Source: Promethearchaeati archaeon SRVP18_Atabeyarchaeia-1
GTDB taxonomy: Archaea; Asgardarchaeota; Atabeyarchaeia; Atabeyarchaeales; Atabeyarchaeaceae
Reading direction: 5' to 3'
Length of the DNA: 64,000 bases
Assembly (NCBI GenBank): GCA_037308085.1
Contig: CP147779.1
Span: 1-64,000 of the forward strand
Under the pieces are notes generated by a model. That model was not told where the DNA came from, searched no databases, and saw only the letters and a list, made by a program, of their open reading frames with translations. The position numbers and the translations under genes are program-made. Of the stretch, positions 55,405-64,000 are shown piece by piece (the first letter of the stretch is position 1; each line of letters opens with the position of its first letter).

Positions 55405-56553
55405 ATGGGCTTGCATGCTGGACGACTATCACTCAGTGACTTGGCTACCTATTTTTGGTCCGTTCAGGCGGCCGAATACATCAGAGAAAAGGAAGTCGAC
55501 GTCAGGGCGCTTGATGGGTATGAGGATGTTATCTCCGAGTCGGAGTCGTGGATCAACGCAACGCTGGAAAAGGGGCTTCTATCTCCAAATCCCAGTGGAA
55601 AACCCGAGACTACCATGCTTGCATACCCAACTGCCAGGATGTTTATCTCCATTCTCGGAAACGAGTATGTTCTGAGGAGATTCGCGAACGCCGTCTCTAA
55701 GTATGCTGGAGCCATGCTGGACAAGGAAGATGATGAGAAGGTCCTCTTGCTAGCAACCACTCCCGGCAACATTGCAGAAAGACCTTGGCAACTGGTGTTT
55801 CAGAAAGCAACACCCACAAGGAAAGACCATATCGCCGGCATGATTTATGAATGGAAGTTGTTCTTCACCGATTACGTTAGCGTCGCACAGAACTTCCACG
55901 ACGATAAATGGAAGTTGGTCAATAGACGCATGAAAGCGGGCTGGGTTTATCTCCTAAAATCTGACATAGCCCGACTAATGGAAGAATCTCTGAAGGCGAG
56001 AATAAGCAAAGGAGGTCTTAAGTCCGCCAGAGAGCTCCCGTCCCCAGAAGACTTGCCACCCAATCTGAAGATGGTTTTTGAGAGAATATCTGGCAAGGTC
56101 AAGAAATGGTCAAGCGAATTCCAAACCTATGATCTCCAGGCATCGGGCGCTGGCGAAATAGCCTACCCAGGCTGCATAAAACAGATCCTCGACAAACTTG
56201 GCAAAGGGATGGGCGTGAGCCACAACGAGAGGCTGGCCCTTGTCTTCTTCCTTTCAAACATAGGCAAAGACGTCGACGAAATCCTGCAGGTCTTCTCCAA
56301 GACTCCCGACTTCGATGCTCAGCGATCCAGATACTACGTTGAGCACGCAATGGGCTTTAGGGGTGGAGGTACAAAGTACAAGCCCTATGGCTGCCCAAAG
56401 CTAAAAACATATGGGATATGCAACCCCCAAGATGACTGGTGTAGAAACGGAAGGATAGGCTCCCGCATCCTCAGAGGACCTATCGGCTACTATAAGACCA
56501 AGAGCTGGCAGCTATCTGGAAAGAACGAGGAAGAAAAAGCAGAAAAAAGCTGA
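55405..56553 (+). CDS. priL: DNA primase large subunit
   Basis: WKLVNR, YPGCI, HNERL, PDFD...YYVEH, YKPYGC..L...GIC Fe-S domain. Confidence 0.9.
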   Translation: MGLHAGRLSLSDLATYFWSVQAAEYIREKEVDVRALDGYEDVISESESWINATLEKGLLSPNPSGKPETTMLAYPTARMFISILGNEYVLRRFANAVSKYAGAMLDKEDDEKVLLLATTPGNIAERPWQLVFQKATPTRKDHIAGMIYEWKLFFTDYVSVAQNFHDDKWKLVNRRMKAGWVYLLKSDIARLMEESLKARISKGGLKSARELPSPEDLPPNLKMVFERISGKVKKWSSEFQTYDLQASGAGEIAYPGCIKQILDKLGKGMGVSHNERLALVFFLSNIGKDVDEILQVFSKTPDFDAQRSRYYVEHAMGFRGGGTKYKPYGCPKLKTYGICNPQDDWCRNGRIGSRILRGPIGYYKTKSWQLSGKNEEEKAEKS

Positions 56554-56572
56554 TAGCAGGAACGACTTTAAC

Positions 56573-57817
56573 ATGAACGCGGAAACAGCGGTCTACCTGA
56601 ATTCGATGTTCATGGAGTACTATGAGACAAGAGGTTCTTCGATGGTGGTAGCCCCGAAGGATCTAATTGAGAGGGAATTTGCGTTTACATACTTTGGAAG
56701 GGAGGGAATGTTCAGGCACCTGGGGTTCAGGGGTCCTGAGGAGCTCCTATCGAGCCTGAGAGTAAATGGTCCGTCACACTCCTATTTCAGCGCAGCTCAC
56801 TACGTGGATCCAGACGCGGGCACCATGGGGCAGAAGGGGTGGAAGGGTACGGATCTGATATTCGATATCGACGCAGATCATCTAGATGTGACGTGTAAAG
56901 ACAAGCATGATAGGTGGTTATGCAAAGATTGTGGGAATGCTGGTCTGGGAGCGAGACCAGAGAAGTGCCCTGCTTGTCAGTCTCAGAAGATCGATGATGA
57001 GATGTGGCTGTGCGACAACTGCATCGGGCAGGCGAAACTCGAGACGCTGAAGTTGATTGAGATCCTTTGCAACGATTTTGGCTTCTCAAGGAAGGACGTT
57101 GAGGTCACTTATACTGGGCATAGAGGATATCACACTAAGGTTACCTCACCAAGCATCTACTTTCTGACTGCAAGCGAGAGAAGAGAGATCGTGGACTACA
57201 TCACCGCAAGAGGAATCGATCTTCAGGCATATGGACTCATGGGGAAAGATCCCCACAGTAGGAGGAATCTTACAGGCCCCGGAAAAGATGACATAGGGTG
57301 GGGTTCAAGAATATACAGATCTGTCGTTGAGATGATCGAGAAAGGAGAAGCACCTTTTCAGGAGCTGGAGAACAAGGACATGGTACTGCGAGAAATGGCG
57401 GCAGCCCGATGGGACCAAGTGAATAGAGTCGCTCTGAAGAAGTGGAACAAACTCGTGATGAAAGCCATAGATCGGGACGGTATCGCACACATTGATGAGC
57501 CAGTGACGACCGACATTCACAGGCTGATCAGGTTGCAGGGAAGCCTCCACGGTAAGACTGGCTTCATTGTCACCAAGGTCGATGATTTGGAGTCGTTCGA
57601 GCCATTTCGAGATGCCATAGCTTTCGGATCAAGTGAGACGGTCACAGTCCACATAGATAAGAGCAAAGCGGCTCACTCATTTCGTATAGGAGATCAGACG
57701 TACGGACCATTCGTGGAGGAGAAATGCCAGCTGCCAATGGAGTTCGCCATTTTCTTCATGTGTAAGGGGGTCGCAGAAATCGAACGAGAAGGCGAGGCAC
57801 CCGCCTACCGAGGCTGA
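56573..57817 (+). CDS. priS: DNA primase small (catalytic) subunit with Zn-binding insert
   Basis: REFAF, DLIFDIDADH, TGHRGYH, IDEPVTTDIHRLIRL.GSLHGKTG. Confidence 0.95.
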   Translation: MNAETAVYLNSMFMEYYETRGSSMVVAPKDLIEREFAFTYFGREGMFRHLGFRGPEELLSSLRVNGPSHSYFSAAHYVDPDAGTMGQKGWKGTDLIFDIDADHLDVTCKDKHDRWLCKDCGNAGLGARPEKCPACQSQKIDDEMWLCDNCIGQAKLETLKLIEILCNDFGFSRKDVEVTYTGHRGYHTKVTSPSIYFLTASERREIVDYITARGIDLQAYGLMGKDPHSRRNLTGPGKDDIGWGSRIYRSVVEMIEKGEAPFQELENKDMVLREMAAARWDQVNRVALKKWNKLVMKAIDRDGIAHIDEPVTTDIHRLIRLQGSLHGKTGFIVTKVDDLESFEPFRDAIAFGSSETVTVHIDKSKAAHSFRIGDQTYGPFVEEKCQLPMEFAIFFMCKGVAEIEREGEAPAYRG

Positions 57818-57823
57818 AACGGA

Positions 57824-58240
57824 GTGAGGAGACAGGCCATGAGGAAGGGTCCAGCCCTGACAGTCGACATATTGATTCAAAGTCATGGTGGATCGGTTGT
57901 CCTAGTTAAGCGACGAAATCCTCCCTTCAAAGGCGAATGGGCGATTCCTGGCGGCTTCGTGGAATACGGCGAAACAGTTGAGGCGGCAGCCAAGCGCGAG
58001 GCGAAAGAAGAGACCGGCTTGGAGGTCGAACTCATCAAGATTATAGGCGTCTATTCTGACCCGAACAGGGATCCCAGGGGTCACACGGTCACAATATGCT
58101 TCCTTGCGCGCCAAGTGGGAGGCGAGCTTCGAGCGGACTCTGACGCAGAGAGTGTCAGAACTTTCCAGTCATCGTCGCTGCCAGCCAGACTCGCCTTCGA
58201 CCACGATCGCATTCTAGCTGATGCTGGCATCAAAAGATGA
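57824..58240 (+). CDS. NUDIX hydrolase (ADP-ribose pyrophosphatase-like)
   Basis: GGFVEYGETVEAAAKREAKEETGL, RDPRGH, LAFDH. Confidence 0.92.
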   Translation: MRRQAMRKGPALTVDILIQSHGGSVVLVKRRNPPFKGEWAIPGGFVEYGETVEAAAKREAKEETGLEVELIKIIGVYSDPNRDPRGHTVTICFLARQVGGELRADSDAESVRTFQSSSLPARLAFDHDRILADAGIKR

Positions 58241-58464
58241 GTAACTCTTTTCCGCAGCGTATCCAGCTAGGAAAAACCCTTATGTGGCGATCGGGGAAGG
58301 ACGGGTTCATGATGCGTCTCTGGTGACCTCTTTCTCAAGCCAAAGTGCCATCTTCCTCTTGCAACATGTCAAAGATTTAATATAGGTATTAGTGATATAG
58401 AGGAATCTCGAGTTTGAAGGTATAATATCATCATCTGAAATAGAGTGATCTAGAATAGAATAGT

Positions 58465-61047
58465 GTGGCTGATTATCAAATGAGCGCCAAGAAAATAGAG
58501 ATAGAAATGGAGACTCTTGGAAATGAGCGCAAGAAGATCTTTGGATTCATTGAGCAAAAGGACTTCATATTGATACTGCTGGCATTCCTTATTCCATTTT
58601 TCTCTTGGGGAACAGTCATGCTTCGTGGAATGTCTCACGTCATAAATCCCGGTGACCCGACCTACACATTCATGCTACTCTTACCCATAATACTCTTCGT
58701 ATTGGCGGCGTGGTCCGGAAGTTTGACTACCAGTATTCTAATCTCACTGGTAGCATCGGCTGGCTTCCTGATCGTGGGAATGCCCTACTATTGGAACCCA
58801 GCGGGATGGACGCCTGGCACTTACCCACCCGACCCCGTTTCACTGTTCTCCGACTGCAGCAAGCTGTTGCTCAACCTGCTCGCGCCCGGCATGCTCGGAG
58901 GCATCCTTTCCCAATTCGGGGTAATATCCGCAGCGAAAAACGATCTAAAAGAGCTTCTTCATAGACCTCTCGCAATGTTAATACTGATCGGGGCACTACT
59001 CGGCTCAGTTCTGCTCTATGGCAGAGCAAGCGCTTCCACTCTGACTGCAACCAACCCGGTAACTTTTGCCTTCCTTCTCCTGGGCGCGATGGCGATAGTC
59101 ATAGTAGTTGCCTACGCCGCTGGAACAGCCTACGGAGGACTCACTGTAGGCTTCTTAGTCGCACTCGTGTACTACTCAGCTGCAGCCGCAAAGGATCCCG
59201 CTGCTGAAATCCTAGGCGTCTTCTCAATTGGAATCGCTAACTGGGTCCTAGGAGCTGGACTCGACTTGAACTTGCAGTCCTTTTACCTTGCATACGGTTT
59301 GGGATTCCTGATCGCGGCACTTTGGGGTTCAATCTGGGGTGTCTTGGGCAAATACATGGTATATGTGACGCCGGCAAAGAAGTCAGAGGAAACAATCAAA
59401 GTGGCACACGTTTTCAGAGACTTGTGGTCGAACTACTTCATCTTCGGCAAGAATACGAGACCGGAATTCAGGCTTAAACAGGCGGCAGGATCGACTGTAC
59501 AGGAAGGCGCCACGCTGACGGGCATACTAGGAACTCCAGGGGCGAAGGCTGAATACGTGACATACAGATACTTGGATAGAAAGAAGCGATTCGAGACAGT
59601 GGAGGCATCAGTCGGTGGTATACTAGTTGAACCCAGTGAAAAGGGAATGGCAAAAGTGTACCATAGGGATTACAAGGCACGTGGAGTGGAAGAAAAGAAG
59701 ATGGTCGGAGAATTCTACGATCCAAAACCGCTATTCGACAAGTATACACCAATGTGGAGCCCATTCGCCCTATCAGTAAGGGAGTACCTCTCCAAGGTGC
59801 TGAACCCACTCGTACTCATACCAATAATAGTCGGCGCGATCTTCTTCGCTCCATTGATATTGGAAGCGTACAAGTACATTTTCAGTGGAACCGCGCCACC
59901 AGCAGCAGCATGGGTATTAATAGCACAGGTAGCGATAGTAATCCTCCTACTTGGATACCTGTTCCTCTGGAGGCGCAAGATACCTACCGCCCTCAAAGCT
60001 CACCCTGAAGGAGCATTGGCCTTTGTCTTTGCTGTCCTAGTGATCGGAGTGCTATTCATCTTCTCGTTCCAATTCCTCAGCGGATTGATTCTCCTCATTC
60101 AGAGCGAGTCAATTGATCTATCCCTTACTCTCGCGACAAACGCTGTACTGTTCCTTCTGATTGTAAGCATCTTTACATCGCTGTCAACAGTCCAGATGCT
60201 TGGAGCTGACAATTTTAACGTGTACTTCTATGACGATAAGGACAAGGATCTCAATCCGTACAAGAATGACTATGACAAACCTCAGTGGCTCAAAGGTTCA
60301 CACTACTGGATATTTAGGCACATGTACTTCTGGCCTTTCGAGGCTACCCCAAGCCTCAAGGGATTCGCGCACGAGGACTTTGAGAGAGTTGAAGTCTGGG
60401 TCAATGCCGACACAGGCAAGCCTGAGTGGTCCTTGTCCGATTACCATTGGAGAGAGCTATGGTACAAGATTCCAGAGTTAGACGAAGATATTGCGATACA
60501 GGCAAGCTTCAACAAGAACTTCCACACCCCATCGGTGTCAGTGATCAGAAGAAGCCATTTGAAAGAAGTGAAGTACGCAGGTGAATCATGGTTCGGTTCG
60601 CTTGAAATGATGTTCCACTACTTGCGTGTAAGCAGAGAGCTGAAAAAGGAAATGCTGGTACCGCCCAAGGTGTCAAAGAAGAGGGCGGAAACACTTCAGA
60701 ATTTCTTCGTGGATCTTCCGCCAGCAATAAGACTTGCTGCCGCAGGAACCATGGCGGGTTTTGCATGGAACTTCTTCAGGTACCCTCAAGGCGTATCAAC
60801 AGTGGCTAAGGTAGATGGAACTGAGAAGTACGTATACAGGGAAAAGGACTACAGACCACCATACGTTGAGAAAGTCGTAGGCGGCAACCCTTTAGCAGAG
60901 CCGAACGATGGACTGGGTGCGCCGGCTGTCCTAGACGACAAAGCTCCTCAACTCTGTCCCAAATGCGGAAAAGCATTACCGACAAGCCTAGTATGCAGTA
61001 ACTGCAAGACAGACGCCAAAGTGGAATCGTTCCTAAACATAATGTGA
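58465..61047 (+). CDS. large polytopic membrane protein with soluble C-terminal domain and zinc ribbon
   Basis: many TM segments in two blocks; HEDFERVEVWV; terminal CPKC...CSNC. Confidence 0.8.
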   Translation: MADYQMSAKKIEIEMETLGNERKKIFGFIEQKDFILILLAFLIPFFSWGTVMLRGMSHVINPGDPTYTFMLLLPIILFVLAAWSGSLTTSILISLVASAGFLIVGMPYYWNPAGWTPGTYPPDPVSLFSDCSKLLLNLLAPGMLGGILSQFGVISAAKNDLKELLHRPLAMLILIGALLGSVLLYGRASASTLTATNPVTFAFLLLGAMAIVIVVAYAAGTAYGGLTVGFLVALVYYSAAAAKDPAAEILGVFSIGIANWVLGAGLDLNLQSFYLAYGLGFLIAALWGSIWGVLGKYMVYVTPAKKSEETIKVAHVFRDLWSNYFIFGKNTRPEFRLKQAAGSTVQEGATLTGILGTPGAKAEYVTYRYLDRKKRFETVEASVGGILVEPSEKGMAKVYHRDYKARGVEEKKMVGEFYDPKPLFDKYTPMWSPFALSVREYLSKVLNPLVLIPIIVGAIFFAPLILEAYKYIFSGTAPPAAAWVLIAQVAIVILLLGYLFLWRRKIPTALKAHPEGALAFVFAVLVIGVLFIFSFQFLSGLILLIQSESIDLSLTLATNAVLFLLIVSIFTSLSTVQMLGADNFNVYFYDDKDKDLNPYKNDYDKPQWLKGSHYWIFRHMYFWPFEATPSLKGFAHEDFERVEVWVNADTGKPEWSLSDYHWRELWYKIPELDEDIAIQASFNKNFHTPSVSVIRRSHLKEVKYAGESWFGSLEMMFHYLRVSRELKKEMLVPPKVSKKRAETLQNFFVDLPPAIRLAAAGTMAGFAWNFFRYPQGVSTVAKVDGTEKYVYREKDYRPPYVEKVVGGNPLAEPNDGLGAPAVLDDKAPQLCPKCGKALPTSLVCSNCKTDAKVESFLNIM

Positions 61048-61149
61048 ACGCGCTAAGCAAACGTGCAGGGATCTCGCAGAACAAATGGGAATCGCAGATG
61101 ACGGGGAAGGACGAAACAGTTGTTCTTCCCGTTCGTCCTCTTTTTCTGG

Positions 61150-61884
61150 TTACTGATCTTTGGGTTTTCTGGAATAATTTGCTTGCTTGACATCATATTC
61201 TTTTCTCGTCATATGGGTTCTAGAGGGGCATCCTTTCACTACTGTATTTGCCGGAACGTCTCTTGTGACTATAGAGCCACTTGCCACAACTGCGCGTTCG
61301 CCCACTGTTATTCCCGCTATCAGGATGCTCCCCGCGCCTATTGCCGCCTCCTTCTCTATGGTCACGCCTGAGATCTCGGGAGATGGAGGGTATAAGTCGT
61401 TTGTGACCACAACATAAGGGCCTAGGAAAACTCCCTCTTTGATGATTGTTCCTGGTGGAATATAGACGCCGGATTGGATGTTGACGTTCGCGCCTATTTC
61501 GGCCGAGCCGTCGATGACGCTGTTTGTACCGATGCGTGAATGTTCCCCGATATTGCAGTTTTCTCTTATGAGGACATGGTGCCCTGTCTCAGCGTCATCA
61601 CCAATTGCCGTGTTCTCATAGATTATGGTGCCCGCGCGGATTATTACATTGGAGCCGATAATCGTGCCGCTACTCTTCCCGCTGAGCAGCTTCAGATCAA
61701 CCTTCTTCAGGTCTAGGTCTGACAGAATAGCCTTGACAGTTTTCCGTATTGGGTGACCTATTATGCACCCTTCTCCAATCAGGGTCCTTGATCCGATAAT
61801 GGATTTGCCAAGGATTATCGCGTCTCCCTCGATTTCTCCTTCCACCCTTGATTCTGTCGAAATGAATCTCAATGCTAGTTCCAC
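61150..61884 (-). CDS. hexapeptide-repeat (left-handed beta-helix) acyltransferase
   Basis: repeated IG/IIG hexads, FLGPYVVVTND, VTRDVP...GCP. Confidence 0.88.
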   Translation of the reverse strand: MELALRFISTESRVEGEIEGDAIILGKSIIGSRTLIGEGCIIGHPIRKTVKAILSDLDLKKVDLKLLSGKSSGTIIGSNVIIRAGTIIYENTAIGDDAETGHHVLIRENCNIGEHSRIGTNSVIDGSAEIGANVNIQSGVYIPPGTIIKEGVFLGPYVVVTNDLYPPSPEISGVTIEKEAAIGAGSILIAGITVGERAVVASGSIVTRDVPANTVVKGCPSRTHMTRKEYDVKQANYSRKPKDQ

Positions 61885-62088
61885 ACCTCAGGTTTTCAGA
61901 TCAGGCATGAACGCGAAGGAAATGTTTAATTTCTGTCAATACATAACCCTTATTTAATCTTGCTCCGACGATAATCACTGACACTTGCAAGAAAAAGGTT
62001 TCTTCGGGAGGGGCATCCCCCAGCAAATGACATTTATTGATTGATTGCCGGGTGCTTTCCGTAGCCTGCGGTTGAGGAGACTTCAGAG

Positions 62089-63912
62089 ATGTGCGGCATA
62101 ATTGGCGTTGCATCTAAGACCAATGAAGTCGCAGGCACCATTATCAGCTCCCTGAAGAGACTTGAGTATCGAGGGTACGATTCCTCGGGGATAGCGATCG
62201 AAGGAACCCATGGTCTTGCAATCGTTAAGGACAAGGGGTCAGTAGACCGCATTGCCAAGGAAATCGACCCTGCAAAAACAAGCGGGCATGTCGGGATCGG
62301 GCATACGAGGTGGGCTACCCACGGTCCTCCGTCGAGACTCAACGCGCATCCTCACACGGACTGCAGCGGGAGAATAGCGGTCGCACACAACGGTATAATT
62401 GAGAACTTCATGGAGCTTAGAAAATATCTGGAAGAGAGAGGGCATGAATTCGTCTCTGAAACAGATACCGAAATCATACCTCACCTTATTGAGGAATTCA
62501 GCAAGAAGGGAATCCCACTAAGAGATGCGTTCAGAGAAGCATTGATGATGCTGAAAGGGTCTTATGGTCTCGTCATGATATCAGCTGATGACCGTGGCAA
62601 GATATTCTGCGCAAGGAAAGAAAGCCCTATCTTGATAGGCATAGGAAAGCATGAGGTCTACTGCGCTTCTGACATAACTGCTTTCCTTCCGTTCACCAAT
62701 AGGGTCATCTTACTCCGAGACGGGGAGATGGCCACGCTCGAACCAGATAGCATCTTAATAGAGAAGATCGACGACGCGACTGTTGTTCCGCCAAGGATAA
62801 CCACGGTAGATTGGAGCCCTCAGATGGCTCAGAAGTCTGGATACCGGCATTTCATGCTAAAGGAGATCCATGAACAACCCTATGCTCTGAGAAACACCCT
62901 GAGAATAGACGATCACCTTATCGAGCCTTTTGCAAAGATAGTGAATGATTCCGGCAGAGTCATTTTAACAGCAGCTGGAACATCCAACCATGCGTGCATT
63001 ATTGGGAAATACATGTTTACACACTTGGCCCAGCTGTACTGCCAGTCTGTGATCTCCTCCGAGTTCAGCGAAGTGGCCCTGAATACAATAGGCAAGGGAG
63101 ACACTGTGATAGCCTTGAGTCAATCAGGGGAAACCATGGACACACTTGACGCCGCGAAGAAGGCCAAGGAGAAGGGCGCAAGCATTCTATCCATAACCAA
63201 CGTCGTCGGGAGCTCCATAACGCACATCTCGGATCAGACAATATACACCCAGGCTGGACCGGAAATCGGGGTCGCAGCAACGAAGACTTTTATAGTTGAG
63301 GTAGCATCGCTGGCACTGCTCTCACTCGAACTTTCAAGGCTCAGAGGAACCCTGGACTACACTGAGGCACAAAGCAGAAAGAGAGGGTTACTTGACTCAC
63401 CTCGACTGATTGAAGACATCATAAAGAACATGGACGGCCTTACGACTAGGGTGGCAGATAAGTACTACAAGGCGCCAAGTTTTCTCTTCTTGGGCAGAGG
63501 CATAAGCACAGCGACGGCCATGGAGGGGGCCCTGAAACTTAAGGAGATATCATATACCCATGCTGAGGGATACCCTGCGGGCGAGAGCAAGCATGGACCA
63601 ATATCACTCGTTGAACCTGGCTTTCCTGTCGTGTTCATAGCTCCGCCAGATCAGACGTACGATAGACTCATCGGCAACATTATGGAAATGAAGGCGCGCG
63701 AGGCAAGAATACTAACGGTCGCCGCCCAAGGCGACGACAAAGTTGGGCGACTGTCCGACGCGATCTTCGGGATTCCTGGCAACACGCCCGCCGAGTTCTC
63801 TCCGATTCCCTACATTGTTCCCCTGCAGTTACTGGCATACCATATCGCCGTCAAGAGGGGACTGAACCCAGACAAGCCCAGAAACCTTGCAAAGTCCGTG
63901 ACGGTCAGATAG
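62089..63912 (+). CDS. glmS: glutamine--fructose-6-phosphate transaminase (isomerizing)
   Basis: MCGIIG, LEYRGYDSSG, GHTRWATHG, SQSGET, GVAATK, LKLKEISY, KHGP, PRNLAKSVT. Confidence 0.98.
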   Translation: MCGIIGVASKTNEVAGTIISSLKRLEYRGYDSSGIAIEGTHGLAIVKDKGSVDRIAKEIDPAKTSGHVGIGHTRWATHGPPSRLNAHPHTDCSGRIAVAHNGIIENFMELRKYLEERGHEFVSETDTEIIPHLIEEFSKKGIPLRDAFREALMMLKGSYGLVMISADDRGKIFCARKESPILIGIGKHEVYCASDITAFLPFTNRVILLRDGEMATLEPDSILIEKIDDATVVPPRITTVDWSPQMAQKSGYRHFMLKEIHEQPYALRNTLRIDDHLIEPFAKIVNDSGRVILTAAGTSNHACIIGKYMFTHLAQLYCQSVISSEFSEVALNTIGKGDTVIALSQSGETMDTLDAAKKAKEKGASILSITNVVGSSITHISDQTIYTQAGPEIGVAATKTFIVEVASLALLSLELSRLRGTLDYTEAQSRKRGLLDSPRLIEDIIKNMDGLTTRVADKYYKAPSFLFLGRGISTATAMEGALKLKEISYTHAEGYPAGESKHGPISLVEPGFPVVFIAPPDQTYDRLIGNIMEMKAREARILTVAAQGDDKVGRLSDAIFGIPGNTPAEFSPIPYIVPLQLLAYHIAVKRGLNPDKPRNLAKSVTVR

Positions 63913-64000
63913 AGAAACTCGGGAACCCATATTCCGTTAGTCTCAATAACATTTAAAACCATAATCAACCAAACCATACCTTAATGAATGCTGGTCAGTT

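Noticed and set aside
1-64000. CRISPR array, cas genes, rRNA, prophage
   Set aside because: No regularly spaced repeats, rRNA-like sequence or viral hallmark genes were seen.

Overview
Archaeal chromosomal window of roughly 50% GC by eye. It carries TFB, PriS/PriL, Elp3, deoxyhypusine synthase, PurP, PAC2, archaeal-type IleRS and a BHB-intron tRNA. Roadblock/LC7, longin-like and gelsolin-like genes suggest an Asgard archaeon (inference). Most of the window is housekeeping: purine synthesis, tRNA modification, redox proteins, HppA, GlmS. Main discoveries: (1) Directly after ileS, a tRNA gene (36840-37086) resolves into a complete 78-nt tRNA-Ile with the rare UAU anticodon after removal of five BHB-type introns. 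(2) A tnpB gene sits inside a 1291-bp element with 22-bp IS6-like terminal inverted repeats and an exact 8-bp target-site duplication, rather than IS200/IS605 hairpin ends, and its third RuvC Asp appears replaced by His. (3) Two protein-less OMEGA-derived mini-elements, one TnpB-type and one IscB/HEARO-type, are inserted in a single metabolic locus. (4) That locus encodes a PEP-synthase-like dikinase split into separate genes plus duplicated Fe-S modules. (5) There is a Roadblock-MinD-DENN-like-longin cluster. All calls come from reading the sequence by eye; no searches were run.
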